Part shown: positions 63,355-64,000 of the stretch, one piece after another
Layout: the number at the start of each line of letters is the position of its first letter
How positions within the stretch are numbered: the stretch's first letter is position 1
NCBI GenBank assembly: GCA_002633005.1
Contig: NMRA01000097.1
Span: 956,824-1,020,823 of the forward strand
Origin: Phoronis australis
Taxonomy: Eukaryota; Animalia; Phoronida
Direction of reading: 5' to 3'
DNA length: 64,000 nt
Made by a program: the position numbers and the translations under genes
The notes under the pieces: generated by a model
Databases searched by the model: none
What the model was told of the DNA's origin: nothing
The model's input: only the letters and a program-made list of their open reading frames with translations

Positions 63355-64000
63355 TGAACAGCTGGCAGAAAACAGAAGCAAGCTGGAGTTTACCTAAGCA
63401 TAAATTGATCCACGTTATTCGATGTGACCTTCACATCAATTTGCGTTTGACATCATTGTGTACATGAAAATAAAATCACACGACTCTTGGTAATCCTGAA
63501 ATATTCTTTATGCATCACAAAAGTTGTCGTGCGCTGTGTATGTGAATACTGAGGGGTGGAAGCTCACAGTCGCGAGTACCTTCCAGCTTCGATCTCCCAG
63601 GTAAACCCCTGTCGGACCAGCAAATACAAAAGCAACGGTACAAATTACATATCCGCGCCCCTCCATACACGTGGTGTGAATACTCCATGCTAAGTGACCA
63701 AATTGCAGACTAGGAGTAGGACCATGTGTCCTTGTGTAGTCCTTATCAGGAATCTGTGACCGGTTGCATAAATGGGGACTAAACTATGTTCCCTTTTCAT
63801 CGCATTTGTGGAAATCGTGCAAGCGCTGGTTGTCCTTTTGTCTGCTATTTCATCTTTATCGTTTCGTCTCACGATAACGAGACAAAAATCTACGTTGAAC
63901 TCTTACCATTATTGAAAATAAACAGTGACCCTTTCATGTAACGTACGCCGTCAATTTAAGTACCCGTTGCAGTAAGGGGCGGTTTTCAGATGCATTATAG

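Overview
Eukaryotic (animal, probably invertebrate) genomic DNA with GT-AG introns and a 23-N assembly gap at 823-845. It holds two spliced protein genes on the + strand. (1) The last five coding exons of a prohormone convertase 1/3 (PCSK1-like) gene at 91-5101. (2) An ankyrin-repeat/death-domain gene (ANKDD1A/B-like) with 13 shared exons at 48124-61514 and a C-terminal CCLS prenylation motif. Two phase-compatible candidate first exons lie upstream of the second gene: a short one at 41339-41501 and a long, disordered, phosphosite-rich one at 16164-16899 that sits just behind an AG|GTGAGT junction. The rest is a dense, nested set of DNA-transposon relics: two CA..TG MITE families with 5-bp target duplications, a hAT MITE with an 8-bp duplication, IS3EU-type elements (one with six phased TATCGATA palindromes), Academ elements, THAP and HIRAN domain remnants, tRNA-derived SINEs and mini/microsatellites. 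There are no prokaryotic features, no CRISPR array and no intact tRNA or rRNA. All calls were made by eye; family assignments rest on recalled motifs and need database confirmation.
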